The notes beneath the pieces were generated by a model. It saw only the letters and a list, made by a program, of their open reading frames with translations. It was not told where the DNA came from and did no database searches. Source: Octopus vulgaris (lineage: Eukaryota). From it: 64,000 nt of DNA. Shown here in pieces: positions 1 through 64,000 of this stretch (positions are counted from its first letter, which is position 1; each line of letters starts with the position of its first letter). Position numbers and translations under genes: made by a program. The stretch is from NCBI GenBank assembly GCA_951406725.2, contig OX597819.1, forward strand, positions 110,112,001 to 110,176,000, in the 5' to 3' direction.

Positions 1-725
1 CGGCAGTGTATATTTCGTTTGTCACTGTTATTTGTGACATCGTTTGTGCGTTTGTACTGTTTTTAGCTTTAGGGTTTTAGGGTTAGAGTTTTAGAGTTAG
101 GGTTTTAGAGTTAGGGTTTTAGAGTTAGGGTTTTAGAGTTAGGGTTAGGGTTTTAGAGTTAGGGTTAGGGTTTTAGGGTTAGAGTTAGGGGTTTAGAGTT
201 AGGGTTAGGATTAGGGTTTTAGAGTTAGGGTTAGGGTTTTAGGGTTAGGGTTTTAGAGTTAGGGTTAAGGTTGGGGTTTTAGGGTTTTAGAAATTGGAGG
301 GGGAGGGTGGCAAAAAAGTCTTTCCGAAAATAGTAGCTGAAAAACAGGAAAAAAAAAACAAACTAAAAGCAGTAGAAATTCACGGACGATTATGGTGGTG
401 CTATGAAGTAAACATGCTTCAGATACACTTGTTTATTCATACAAACGTAAATGAGATGAAAATATGTCATAAATAACAGTGACAAACGAAATATACACCG
501 CCGGAAGTTGTTGTTGACAAAAAACAGCAGTAATTTTATTCAGCTGAATACACGCCATTGATTGGTTAAAATTACCGAAATAACTTTGAAAATAGAAACT
601 TTTCTCAACAACATTAAGAGTAAATGATATTTTATATGACACATTCTACCAGTGTCCGAAGTTTGAAAGTGTTTATTTGCAAAAAATTAATTTCTCGATC
701 TGCCGTTCAAAGGGTAAAGATCCTA
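1..725. mobile_element. Foldback/MITE-like DNA element enclosing the telomere-like array (left part outside window)
   Basis: 1-40 is the reverse complement of 464-503 with 2 mismatches. The right boundary is approximate. Confidence 0.5.
61..290 (+). repeat. Degenerate interstitial telomere-like array (TTAGGG / TTTTAGAGTTAGGG units)
   Basis: Units visible directly; enclosed by inverted repeat 1-40 / 464-503. Confidence 0.85.
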
Positions 726-1559
726 TAAAATAATATAGGGAATCGTGGGAGATATGATAGTGGCAGTGAGAAGTGATTCGAGTAGAGATGGTTTGTGGTG
801 GACTTGAAGTTAAATGCACAATGTCCTTCCATCTGGTTGCATTGGAAATCGGAATGATAGAGAGAAGTGATACGGAAACTGGATAGGAGAAAGATAAAAT
901 ATTTCATTATCAATGTGATGGAAGAACGTGAGAGAAATGATAGAAATCAGAGAAATGAACAAATATTAAGCGAATAGTAAAAAGAAAAAGTTGCTACATG
1001 ATCCGAATGGTCACCGCAGTACTCGATTTCCTGCTGTGATTGCATGGATAATGGAGGTAAGATGTGTGCCATAGTGAGGGCGAAAAAGAACCCTGACATT
1101 CTCTGGTAGCATCAATATTTCTCAGCACCGTTGAAGTTTTGTATTGTCGGAACGTTATTAAATTGTTATCTGTCGTCAGCTTATGAAGAGTGACCCTCAC
1201 TACAAGCTGTGTGCATATTATATATACTACAGATGCAGATATACACTCACACAAATACCACACAATAGACTTCTTGCACTTCAACATTTCAATCATTCAT
1301 CATGTTGGATCACTGAACTCAACATGTTTTTTCCATTTCCTCTCTTTATTTGCTCTTATTCCTTCTGTCGAAGAGCGCTGGCTCGAAACGTAAAAGACTT
1401 TTCCATTTTCCCATAGCATCAAACTAATACACTTGCTTGTTGTTCCTACATTCGTCTTCGTCTTTGTTTTTCTATAAATTTGAACTATATATATATAGAA
1501 AAATAATCAACAATAAAGTTAATCGAAATTAATCATCAGGCCATAAAGTACAGAGTTAC

Positions 1560-2920
1560 GAGGGGATAATCAATAAATATTCTAGAAGCTCCATCTCAAG
1601 AAAATAAAGATTTACTCTGGAGTTTAATGAGGATGCAAGTTGGTTAGAAGATATCTGGCCTGCAGCATACGAGACGAGACCTTTGATTAGAAAAGCAAAA
1701 GAAAAAGAATGATTGCTGAACACTGATGCTAAAACACTTCAGTTATTAACCCGTACTAAAGCTTTTCATGTCAACAGTAACATATACCATATCTACTTCA
1801 GACAACATGGCGGCAGACGTAAAGTGAAATAAACATTAGAGAAGCTTTGAGAGGGAGGAGCTACGGAAAACTGTTGGAGCTACGGAAAACTGTTGGAGCT
1901 ACATAAAAATATTGGTGGCTTTTCTCTTGGCGGTGACTAAAGCTACCGCAATGTTTGAAACCCTTCCGTATCGTCAGCAAATGTCTCTGAGTAACAAGTT
2001 TTGCTCCTTAACCTGTTCGCTTCGCCTATGTCAACGAAGACTGAATTAACTTTTGCCTGTAGAAAGTTTCCATTTGCTGTGTTTTGTTGACCACAACCAC
2101 TTTGAACTGGTTCCAGCTCTCACAGATATCTTCTTGGTGGCTTTCTTCAGCTGTCTGGCTTCCGAAACAATCTTTTGTAGGAAATAGAGCACTGATTTTT
2201 CTGGAAAATAATAGCATACAACTTTAGAAACGACTGAGGATTGTGCTCACATTTCTATGATATCTACTAACTACCAAATATTTAAGTGTATCTGTGCATA
2301 GAGTTTGCATACATGATGCTCCTCGGATAGTATTCTCTGATTGAAGATCAGACACACATCCAAAGAAGCTGCACATCTCAACCGCTGCATAGTCATCTGA
2401 AGAAAACTGAATGCACATCAACAGAAGTTTATGCGTAACTATATTGCTAGAAAACTCCAGATGACAGCAATACTGATTCCCAAAGTAGACTATCTCGGAT
2501 TAGCAGCTAGTATATTAGCTTTTACTTCGGAAAGTACGATGTCACTTCGGAAAGTATGATTTTGTGATGCAGATGTAAGAGATAATGAAATAGCTGGCGC
2601 AGCAAAAAAATTAGGAATAGAGGTAAACCACATATATACAGCAAACGATGTAGTTTCTGTGGGATTAACACTGAGAATGTCACACACGATATCTAACGAT
2701 CTGAGAATGTCTCCACAATGTTATTTATGCGGGAAGCATGCTGTCGTTGGCCAGAACATTCTACAATGCCATCCGTAACAAGGATAACCATGAAGATACA
2801 ATTATAAGAAGGTACGGTGTTGTGTAGGATATAACAACTCATACTATCAAATAATACTGGTGGAGTGTTCCAATGAAGACATCAGCAAAATGGAAGTATA
2901 ATAGGCCAGACATAGTGATC
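1560..2920 (+). mobile_element. Degraded R4/Dong-like non-LTR retrotransposon fragments, interrupted by an insertion
   Basis: Residual peptides DAKTLQLLTRTKAFHVNSNI...GGR (about 1720-1820) and WWSVPMKTSAKWKYNRPDIVI (about 2858-2920). Confidence 0.55.
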
Positions 2921-3516
2921 GGAGTCTTTCTTTACATGCATCTACTTCCTTTTCTGCTCTTTGAATTCTTGAATACCATCAACTCTTCGACCATTATTCT
3001 CTCTGCTTTGAGAGCGCCTGTCTCATGTCAACACTTTACAAAGTCAAATACCTGGTATATCCCTTACTCTCTTACATTCATCGCATACTCATGACACCGT
3101 TGCAGAAACCAATTTTTGTGGATCTCTCAACTCTCTACATCAGCTGGTTTCCTCTCTTGATCTCAAACTCTTTATTGCTCACAATATATTACTCGTATAT
3201 TCCATTTCAGTCTCTATCAATTGTTATATACTCGACGAACACTGAGGAATTCCTGGGGTAGATCCAGCGAGAGTTACGTAAATACTGTGGATGACATCAG
3301 GTAGCCAGAGACAGTGAACGTGCTTCACCATCTTACTACGAGGTACATACCCAATGCTTAAATAATTTATATATATATATATATATATTATATGTGTGCG
3401 TGTCTATGTATGTACGTATGTATATATGTGTATATATGGATATACATATATATAAATATATTTATATGTGTGTAGTTATATATATTTATGAGTATACATA
3501 TATAAGTGTGTGTATA

Positions 3517-3614
<98 letters not shown>

Positions 3615-4432
3615 AAAGGTGCAATGTGTAAATTGTTGCCATTTCGCACATGCGCATTGTTTGCTTTTGATTTTGTCAACTACACAGTACACAGTATAGT
3701 AGGGTCAGTTGGGTACCGTCTGTGAGAGAACCAGCACCATGACGCAATTCAACCTACCAGAAATTTGGAAACGACATGCTGTACAGCTTGGCATTCGCGC
3801 CGGAAGCTCCAATACACATATTGCAGAGTATTTGAGTGTCAATCATAGGACAGTGCAATCTGAGTACATGTACCGAGAGTGATAAAAATCAAACATCCAG
3901 TCAACATCATAGTGTTTGGAGTGATTACTAGTGATGGCGACGTTATGCCTCCATTCAACTTCCCACACAACGTCAGACTCAACACAGATGCCTGCATCAA
4001 GCGCCTGAAAGAGGTAGTGCTGCTCTGGGTCGAGAGGGTGGCTGCTGGAATACCCTATGTCTGGCAACAGGACTCTGCACCATGCCACACAAGCAGGAGA
4101 ACCCAGAAATGGCTGTAAGATAATTTTTGCGACCACGTCACTTCTAACATCTGTCTACCTAACTCCTCAGTCAGCAAACCCCTTGGTTATTATGTGTGGG
4201 GTGCAGTTGAGCGCCTGCTAACACCAAAGATGAACTGAAGGCAAGGCTTATGGCAGCATTCACCAGAAGAGTCGCAGAAAATTCCGAAGTCGTCTGGAGG
4301 CCGTGGTTGAAGCCAATGGCGATTTTAGTATTTCAAGATATTTTTATGTAATTTTGGGAAATATATCTGTTAAAATGAGATGTCAGTGTTATTTTCATTT
4401 TTGCGTAATTTAGACAATTTATTCACCACACC

Positions 4433-4435
<3 letters not shown>
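3615..4435 (+). mobile_element. maT (DD37D) Tc1/mariner transposon relic, internally deleted
   Basis: VFGVITSDG...WQQDSAPCH...PNSSVSKPLGYYVWG, with 37 residues between the catalytic positions and an in-frame stop. Terminus ...CACCCTG at 4435; degenerate left TIR after TA. Confidence 0.85.
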
Positions 4436-4500
<65 letters not shown>

Positions 4501-4746
4501 ACACACATACACACACACATATATATATACACGCATGTTTGCATGTGTATGTATATAAAACAACGAGAAATACCTTTCTCTCCACATTCTGTCTTACGAA
4601 ATCAATTTTCATTAACGGTTTGCAGGTCTCAGTTGAAAACGAGAATATGGTGGCCACACTAACTGACCCTTCACTGAAGTACAAGACTTAATAAAGAAGA
4701 ACACACAAAATCGCCTACACCAATACCCAGCGGATGCACTGTTGTC

Positions 4747-55760
<51,014 letters not shown>

Positions 55761-55781
55761 TTAAATGGTCGATTGATAACA

Positions 55782-55787
55782 AATAAA
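55782..55787 (+). promoter_or_regulatory. Candidate polyadenylation signal AATAAA
   Basis: 21 nt after the stop codon, followed by T-rich sequence. The context is AT-rich, so the hexamer could be chance. Confidence 0.4.
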
Positions 55788-56139
55788 TTCTTCATACGTT
55801 TCTTTCATATTATTTAGAAATATCTTTGTTCGCTCATTTTTACTGATTTTATTTTTCGAAATATGTAAACACCCTAATAAAGGAAATGGTATTTCTTTAC
55901 TGAAAATCGAAAGGAAATATACAAAAGATGCAAGGCTAAGAAACTGTTCGGGTGCTATGTCGATACATGAACATACTACATCTACCATCAACCCTTTATC
56001 TACAAAATACATACAAGTATGTATGTCATTATTCAGTTTTATTTCAAGATTTCTTGCCAATAGAGAAAGAGCTGGTTTCTAACCTAGAACCAAGGCTTCT
56101 TGTTTGGCGTTTCAACATCAACAGGATATTTGTATTTTG

Positions 56140-56140
<1 letters not shown>

Positions 56141-56170
<30 letters not shown>

Positions 56171-56515
56171 TGTATGTATGTATGTATGTATGTATGTATG
56201 TATGTATGTATGTATGTATGTATGTATGCATGTATGTATGTATGTATGTATGCATGTATGTATGTTTGTATGTATGCATGTATGTATGTATGTTTGTATG
56301 TATGCATGTATGTATGTATGTATGTTTGTTTGTTTGTATGTATATATGTATGTATGTATGCATGTATGTATGTATGTATGTTTTATGTATGTATGTATGC
56401 ATGTATGTATGTATGTATGTATGTTTGTTTGTATGTATGTATGTATGTATGTTTGTATGTATGTATGTATGTAAGTATGTATGTATGCATGCACGCAAGC
56501 ATGCATGTATGTATG

Positions 56516-56546
<31 letters not shown>

Positions 56547-56738
56547 GTATGTTTGTTTGTATGTATGTATATATGTATGCATGTATGTATGTATGTATGT
56601 ATGTACGTATGTATGTATGCATGTATGTATGTATGTATGTATGCATGTATGCATGTATATGTGTATGTTTGTATGTATGTATGTATGTATGTATGTATGT
56701 ATGTATGTATGTATGTATGTATGTATGTATGTATGTAT
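56141..56738. repeat. (TATG)n microsatellite, about 600 bp
   Basis: Direct inspection. Confidence 0.95.
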
Positions 56739-57670
56739 ACGGGTGGATGACCAGAGTGAAGATGGTGACGTGATGAATGTGGGAGAGTCTGCTTCAGCAT
56801 GACGGGACATAAAAATCACTTAAGAAGACACGTAGAGAGTTGGCTTAGATTGAGCATACACAGCGTAACAACATGGTGAGGAATATGGGAAAAATTGAGT
56901 TTTATGGGAAAGACAGGTTGCGCTGTTTGAATAACAGTGGCTTTTCGTGTTGCTGCAGGGGCTACAGGCGGTTATCTTTAATTGTGGGTATAAAAATTTG
57001 GGGGATTTTGGAAAGGGGAGGGTAAAGAAGAGGGCAATTAAAAGAACCAGGCAAAGAAGACGAACAAAAGAAGAAAGGGAAAAGGAGACAACTCGCACAA
57101 AACAACACCACCACCAAAACCCGAGCGAAGCACGGGTCAAAATAACTAGTATTTATATATTTCAGGCACAAAAGCTTATGATTAGTAGTAAACAGTCAAA
57201 GAATGTTCAAATTTAATAATAGTTTATTAAAGATTTCTCATATTTCGGTTTCCCCTAATTAAGCCACTACATATAGTAGCCATTTTGCATAAAACCTTAC
57301 CTTTCACCGACGCTGGACACTCATTCCTTGACATGGGTCTTAACCTTCGCTCAAACGTACGGCAAATGATTTCCAGACACAGTGAGAGTGCACAGTCTTT
57401 TGGCGTCCTCAGTTGAGAATTTTCTTTCATATGAAGGCATGTGATCCACCAACCTGTACTTTTCCTCCACTTGATAGCACGTGGTCTGCTAACATGAACG
57501 ACGCTGCATGAACTTCTTTTTTATAAAACAAAAGCAGCATCGTTCCAACAGAAAATGCTGTGTGAAATACACAGGAGCTTTGTTAGGTGAGTGGATTGTA
57601 AAAAAAAAATCGTTGTTCTTTGGGCAAACGGAAAGCGGCTGATCCTTGAACAGAAAGAAGAGAAAGAAAG

Positions 57671-57743
<73 letters not shown>

Positions 57744-57839
57744 AAGAGAGAGAGAAAATAGAGAGCTGCGGTGTTCATGAAAAGTGATATGACGAGCAAC
57801 AGGTCAGTGATCTGATATTAAGTTGGACTCTTTTTTGTA

Positions 57840-58560
57840 AAGGTCCAAGATGCTCTCCACAGTTGTCTACAAATCTCCGACCAGTTTCTCCAATATATGA
57901 TATATCACTTAGTATTTTATTCAATAAGTGAGGTTGTTTGTGGTATAAGTGAAGGAGTTGACAATGTAACAATAAGGGTTAGATACGTGCATGATGACGT
58001 TTTTTTTTTTTTTTTTCTGAATGGATAAGTCCTACAGTGGAAGAAAAGCAGGCGAAGGACGAAGAGTGAGTGTGCTGAAGAAACAAAGAACTATCATGGA
58101 CTAATTAGTGCAAATAGCGGAGTCAGACTGTGCAAGACAAAATGGGCTGTAGAATGGTATGTTGGGGTGATAGCATGGTAGGGTAGAACATGAAGGGAAA
58201 TAAGGGAGAATACAGAGCATGCTATGGTAGTTCGCATCATGCAGTCTGACCTCGCCATTTACGTCATTCTTTCAGACGTGACCGTAATTTCCAGAGTTCC
58301 TTTCACTTGAACAATAGACAACTTATTTCCAGAGTTGCTTATTTACTCATCACACCCAAAACTAGATTCTTCGCCTGCTTTATCTGCCTTTGTAATATCT
58401 GTCCCTTCATTTTATAATGAAGGGACAGATATTACAGCGCTGTTCTATCAACAGTACATAGTTCGCCATTTTCCTTGTACAATAAACAACTTCATTTACA
58501 ACATAAAATGCCAACAATCCGGTACATTGTATATAGGAGACACTGGTCGGAAATAAACAG
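57840..58560. pseudogene. Penelope-like GIY-YIG endonuclease relics, two fragments in opposite orientation
   Basis: Plus 58460-58556: FPCTINNFIYNIKCQQSGTLYIGDTGRK. Minus about 57845-57900: YIGETGRRFVDNCGEH. Confidence 0.75.
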
Positions 58561-58866
58561 ATTGCTGTGGAGAACCTCTTCCATACGTCCAAACTAACAA
58601 CTCTGAACCATTTCAACCTGGAGCTCGTCATTTTAGTTCTCCTGGACGTGATAATCATTTGCATCACTCTCTACTTCATCCTCCCTCTCCTCTTTCCTTC
58701 TCTCTCTCTCTCTCTCTGTTCCTACCACTCTCTTCCTACCTTTCCTTCTCTCCCTCCCTCTGCTTATTCCTCCCTCTCTGCCTCTGCCTCTCTGCCTATC
58801 CCTCCTTCCCTCTCTCTCTGTCCTTTCCTCTCCATCTCCCTTCCTATCTACATAGCTCTCCCTTCC

Positions 58867-59090
<224 letters not shown>

Positions 59091-60230
59091 CTGTGTGTCT
59101 ATCTGTCTACCTGTCTGTATGCCTGTCTCTCTCTCTATATATATATCTGTTTGTCTGCCTGTCTGTCTAACTGTCTATCTGTCTATCTGTCTGCTTGTCT
59201 GTTTATCTATCCATCAATCTGTCTGTCTACCAGTGCGCCTGTTTGTCTACGGACCAACCACTTCTCGTTTGTACAAAGAACGACTATCAACTTTTCGTCC
59301 ATAACTCACCTCATTAGAATGAACAACAAGTTCGCTTTTCATGACTAACAGTTCTCCTCTCTCCAGCCTTCTCTGCATGCGGCATGTATTCATTTCTTCT
59401 CTATACACAAACATCTACAGACAAAACATTCTCTTCCTGCTTCTATATTCATCTACAGATCACCCTCTCATATCATTCATTCATTCATGATCAAACACAC
59501 AGTAACGCACACACATACACGTACACACACGGGTGCACGCAGCACTATACACAAGCATACATACACATATACAACACACATGCATAACACACTCTTATAC
59601 TGTACCATACACGTGCATACACTTAACCGCATTGCACACACATTGCTTCACAAACTTATCTGCACATACAGAAAATTCATTCTCGATAACCCACTACATA
59701 TACACAAAACTTTTCGCCAATCAGCTTCATTTAATTGAGACTACTCTTCTGCTGGAGAAGGCTAATCAGTTCTGTTATTTCTTTCAGTTATTCTTTTACA
59801 TGTTCTGCCCATTTTAGAACCACCACTGAACATTCACATTATCTATGTTTTCTTTTCTCTTTTCCCCACGCATTATCTTGAGAAAGGATCACCATCTGAA
59901 ACGTTGAACTTTCTTCTGTTTCTTCATTACAGCGCACAGTTAATTACCTTGTAATTCTCTTTGTTTTGATTTTCTTTCCTGAAATATTTTTCGGTACAGT
60001 TACCACGATGGCTCGTATATTAACATCAGATTACATTGTCATCAAGCTAACCGATATGAGCGGAGCAGTAATGGCCTTTAAGTGCATATCTCTACTGGGA
60101 GGTAACCTACTGTCCAGATACTTCCAAACCGAAAATCTCATCTTTTACCAGAATTCAACAGCTCTTCTCTACTTCCTCCTATATCCACCAACTTCGTCCC
60201 CAAATCATTCTGCACATCCACTATATATAG

Positions 60231-60530
60231 TGGAGGCACATGGCCTAGTGGTTAGAGCAGCGGACTTGCGGTCGAGGGATCGCGGGTTCGAATCTCAGAG
60301 CGGGCGATATGTGTGTTTATGAGCGAAACACCTAAGCTCCTCGCGGCTCCGGCAGAAGGTAAAGGCGAACTTCTGCTGACTCTTTCGCCACAACTTTCTC
60401 TTACTCTTTCCTACTGCATCTTGCAGCTCACCTACGACGGACCGGCGTCCCGTCCAGGTGGAAAACCTATACGCCAAGGAAACCGGGAAACCGGCCCTTA
60501 TGAGCCAGGCGTGGCTCGACAAGGAACAAA
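60231..60530 (+). mobile_element. SINE with family B head and a different tail
   Basis: GGAGGCACATGGCCTAGTGGTTAGAGCAGCGGAC head; tail ...CCCGTCCAGG...GAAACCGGGAAACCGGCC. Confidence 0.78.
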
Positions 60531-61394
60531 TACATATACCCTCACCTAAATTCAGAAGACCAGCGTTCTAGTTTTCCTATCATTCCTATCAACGCCGCTT
60601 GTCGCACGGAACTAATACCTATCTCTTTTAACCATTCATTTGTTTAATACATTACCTACGTCCCTTCTGGACCCTCTAAACGTCATTCCATTATAGACGT
60701 ACGGTTTCTCATCTCCCATTTTCTTTTTTACTTTCACTCTATATTTAAACGTAGAACATTTATACACCTTCGTTCCAATGAACTCTTTATTTGAAATATC
60801 GTCATTTCTCTTGTGTTCTCCTCTGACACTTTAGGTAGAAATATGGACCATCTTGCTTTTTGGATATTATACCCATGTTACTGAACCTCCCTATGAGTTA
60901 TAAAGTCGTTACATCTATCAAATGCATGCATAGGTGTGACATCACTCACCAGAAAACTGCTGCACTGAATTGTGCCTCAGTCACCCCCAAATGCTTCCAT
61001 CAAGTTCCTAGACATTCCCTCTATGCCGATCACGTCTACTGCTTCTCATCGCTTCCCTATACACCTATAAATTCCACGTTTGCCTCGATTTTACTCACAC
61101 TGCATAAAACGTTACACATTTCCTCCGGTTCAAACGCATCTATAGCAAAGATCCTATTCTTGTTTACGTGTAAGGAAACAACAAACACAGCAGTAACAAA
61201 AAAATCATATTAGCGATGTAACCTTAAGTTCTATTAACAAGGCAGAATGAACTAATCATAGGTTTACGTGACCCGGTTTTAGTTTGCATGGTGTATCAAA
61301 ATAACATCAGTCATAACGAGAAAAAAAACAGGAGGAAAAGAAGCGTCGGGCTATCTAATCGTAGGCCATGGCATAGCTAGAATGCTTTTAACTG

Positions 61395-61685
61395 AAACCA
61401 TCCATCCATTCAGCTTCTCTACCAAATAGTCCTGGGCAGGTCGTTGAAGTAGAGTCCTCAGCCACCTCCACTATAGGATCCTATCAGAAGCAATCGTTAT
61501 TACACCTACCTGTTGGATTCTCAAGCCTCACCATCTGAGGATATAAATATTATCCGCCCAGCTTGTTCTTGGTCTATCCCTAGATCTCCTGCCGGTCGGC
61601 TCCGCTTGAAGAATCTGTCTTGCGATTTTTTATTGCGACATTCTGATCACCTGTCAGAAGTACCGGAGTTGTGACCTCTCAATTC
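61395..61685 (-). mobile_element. RTE-clade LINE 3' end
   Basis: Minus strand IERSQLRYF*QVIRM...AEPTGRRSRDRPRTSWADNI, with (ATGG)n tail. Confidence 0.8.
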
Positions 61686-62276
61686 ATAGAGGTATCGACT
61701 TGGAGAGTGAATGCACACCAACAAAAACAAACATAAAAACCGTTTTTAGATATTTATATTTTATTTTTCCTTTCTTTTTGAAGAATCGGGCAATTTTATA
61801 ATTTTTTTCTCTGCTCAGTGTAATTTCAGATTTCTTTTGTTGATAAAAATCGCATCTTAGTCGAGGATCTTGGAATTCCGTATCGAATATTAATTTTTTT
61901 TTAAGTAGAATATCTTCCATTCTTTGGGAAATACCAGACATTCGTTGTTGATTTTCGTTAGGGATTTACTTGTACATACATACATACATACATACATACA
62001 TACATACATACATAAATACATACATATATACATACATACATACAAATACACATATACTTATATACGTATACACGAACTTAGGCATGCATATACATATATA
62101 TAAAGTTCGTGTATATGTATATAAGTATATGTGTGTGTATTTATATATATATAACAAAAATGAGGGTGTCAGAATTGGGTTCCAACGAATGGACGAGAGC
62201 GCTAAATAATTATCCAAACTTCTGACTGCCTCCTTTTTCTTAATATAGAAAAACTGTATCAGTTCTAACAATCTAC

Positions 62277-62349
<73 letters not shown>

Positions 62350-62385
62350 TGTATGTATGTATGTATGTATGTATGCATATACATG

Positions 62386-62417
<32 letters not shown>

Positions 62418-62648
62418 ATCCATAATCGTTAGTCCGACAAAATGTGTTCTGTTTCGCCAAAGGCTCATGCTAATGAGCCAAACAGAAAAAGAGCGAAACA
62501 GAATATATATTTTTTTTTCGGGCCAACAACTATGGAGTAAATATTTTTTAATCTTCATTAAAGCACAGACATATCTTTTAACACTTTATTGTAAGTGGCT
62601 GGACATAGTTTAGTTTTGAACATGTCACCCCTCTGAATGAAATATATA

Positions 62649-62714
<66 letters not shown>

Positions 62715-63038
62715 TGTATGTATGTATGTATGTATGTATGTATGTATATATGTGTGTGTGTGTATCTACATATGTATGTTTGTGTGTGTGTGTGTGTGTT
62801 TTGCACGTATAGACTGTATGTATTAGAGTGTATAAAAACTACCAATCACAAGAGAAGGTTCAGTCAACCCATTTAACTAAAGCATCAGATTTAATTTTTG
62901 AAGTAAAACGTTGCCAGTGATTCGAAGTCACAGTCAGAATTATCTCTGTTTTTGTGTGTGTGTGTTCAAAAAAAGACGGGCAAAACTTTGAGCCGCATGG
63001 AGCCGAATCAAATTGCTTTAAGTAATATATACATATAT

Positions 63039-63090
<52 letters not shown>

Positions 63091-63159
63091 TGCATATATA
63101 TGTATATTATACACACACAAATATGTGGATCTTATACGTACAAATATACATACATAAGT

Positions 63160-63276
<117 letters not shown>

Positions 63277-63557
63277 CATATACAGTCAAACACCCAAACG
63301 GAGAACCGCACACTCACATGCACACACACACACATACACACACACATACACACACACACACATCGTTTACAATCGAGAGACAAAGAACTCAGTATGTAAA
63401 AAAAGACGTCTATATTGGCTGAGATTGTTATAGCAGTGACACCTCATCGTAGAGAACTTGGCAAAAGCATTTACCATAATGATAACCACCCTGGCACGAA
63501 ACGCATGAACCTTTGTCACATCTGTCGTAATCTGAGCTAATTACATATGATATGTAC

Positions 63558-63622
<65 letters not shown>

Positions 63623-64000
63623 CATATGCATATTGTAAATATATACATATATGTGCATGTGTGTGTATATCTGTGTGTATGTGAACATATATAGTTTATG
63701 CGTGCATATATATTTTTTACATATATTTGTATGTGTATTTTCTAAATATAATTAAATGTTTACATTAGATAAGCAAATCCCGAATCTGATTAGTCTACCA
63801 ACTTTGGTATATCTTCGCACGACACCTTGTCTTTATCCTTTTTCTTTCTGCACAATTTCCCCAGAAAACTTTTCTTTCTCCCCTGTGATGCGTTGCTTTT
63901 CCCAGACTTAACGCTCTCTTGTGACTTAAAAGCAACTGAGTTAACACTCTCCTGCGATTTAGTGAAAGCCTTTTTTCTTTGGCTTTCGTTGGACTCCGCA

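Noticed and set aside
61-290. True chromosome telomere
   Set aside because: Short, degenerate, flanked by non-telomeric DNA on both sides and enclosed by an inverted repeat.
56084-56819. Overlapping 200+ aa ORFs and the many YIYI/HTHT/LSIY/MYVC ORFs elsewhere
   Set aside because: Translations of di-, tri- and tetranucleotide repeats.

Overview
AT-rich, microsatellite-dense animal genomic DNA. The SINE families and repeat landscape look like an octopus/cephalopod genome (inference, no search run). Reading GT/AG boundaries and codon phases by hand gives one plus-strand gene with 23 coding exons (about 4747-55760, about 829 aa) and ABR/BCR architecture DH-PH-C2-RhoGAP. Its RhoGAP arginine finger and other catalytic-surface residues are replaced, and its DH signature residues are also degenerate, so it may be a double pseudo-enzyme. 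The introns hold three tRNA-derived SINE families, non-autonomous Helitrons, maT and Tc1 transposon relics, and CR1, RTE, R4/Dong and Penelope (RT, GIY-YIG) fragments. They also hold many palindromic inserts with hammerhead-ribozyme motifs. Two stand out: a fully canonical antisense hammerhead (27494-27592), and a head-to-head palindromic element combining a tRNA/Pol III head with a hammerhead tail, bounded by a 17-bp target-site duplication (41253-41827). Almost all ORFs in the supplied track are microsatellite artefacts. Comparisons with human BCR/ABR are recalled from memory, not computed alignments.
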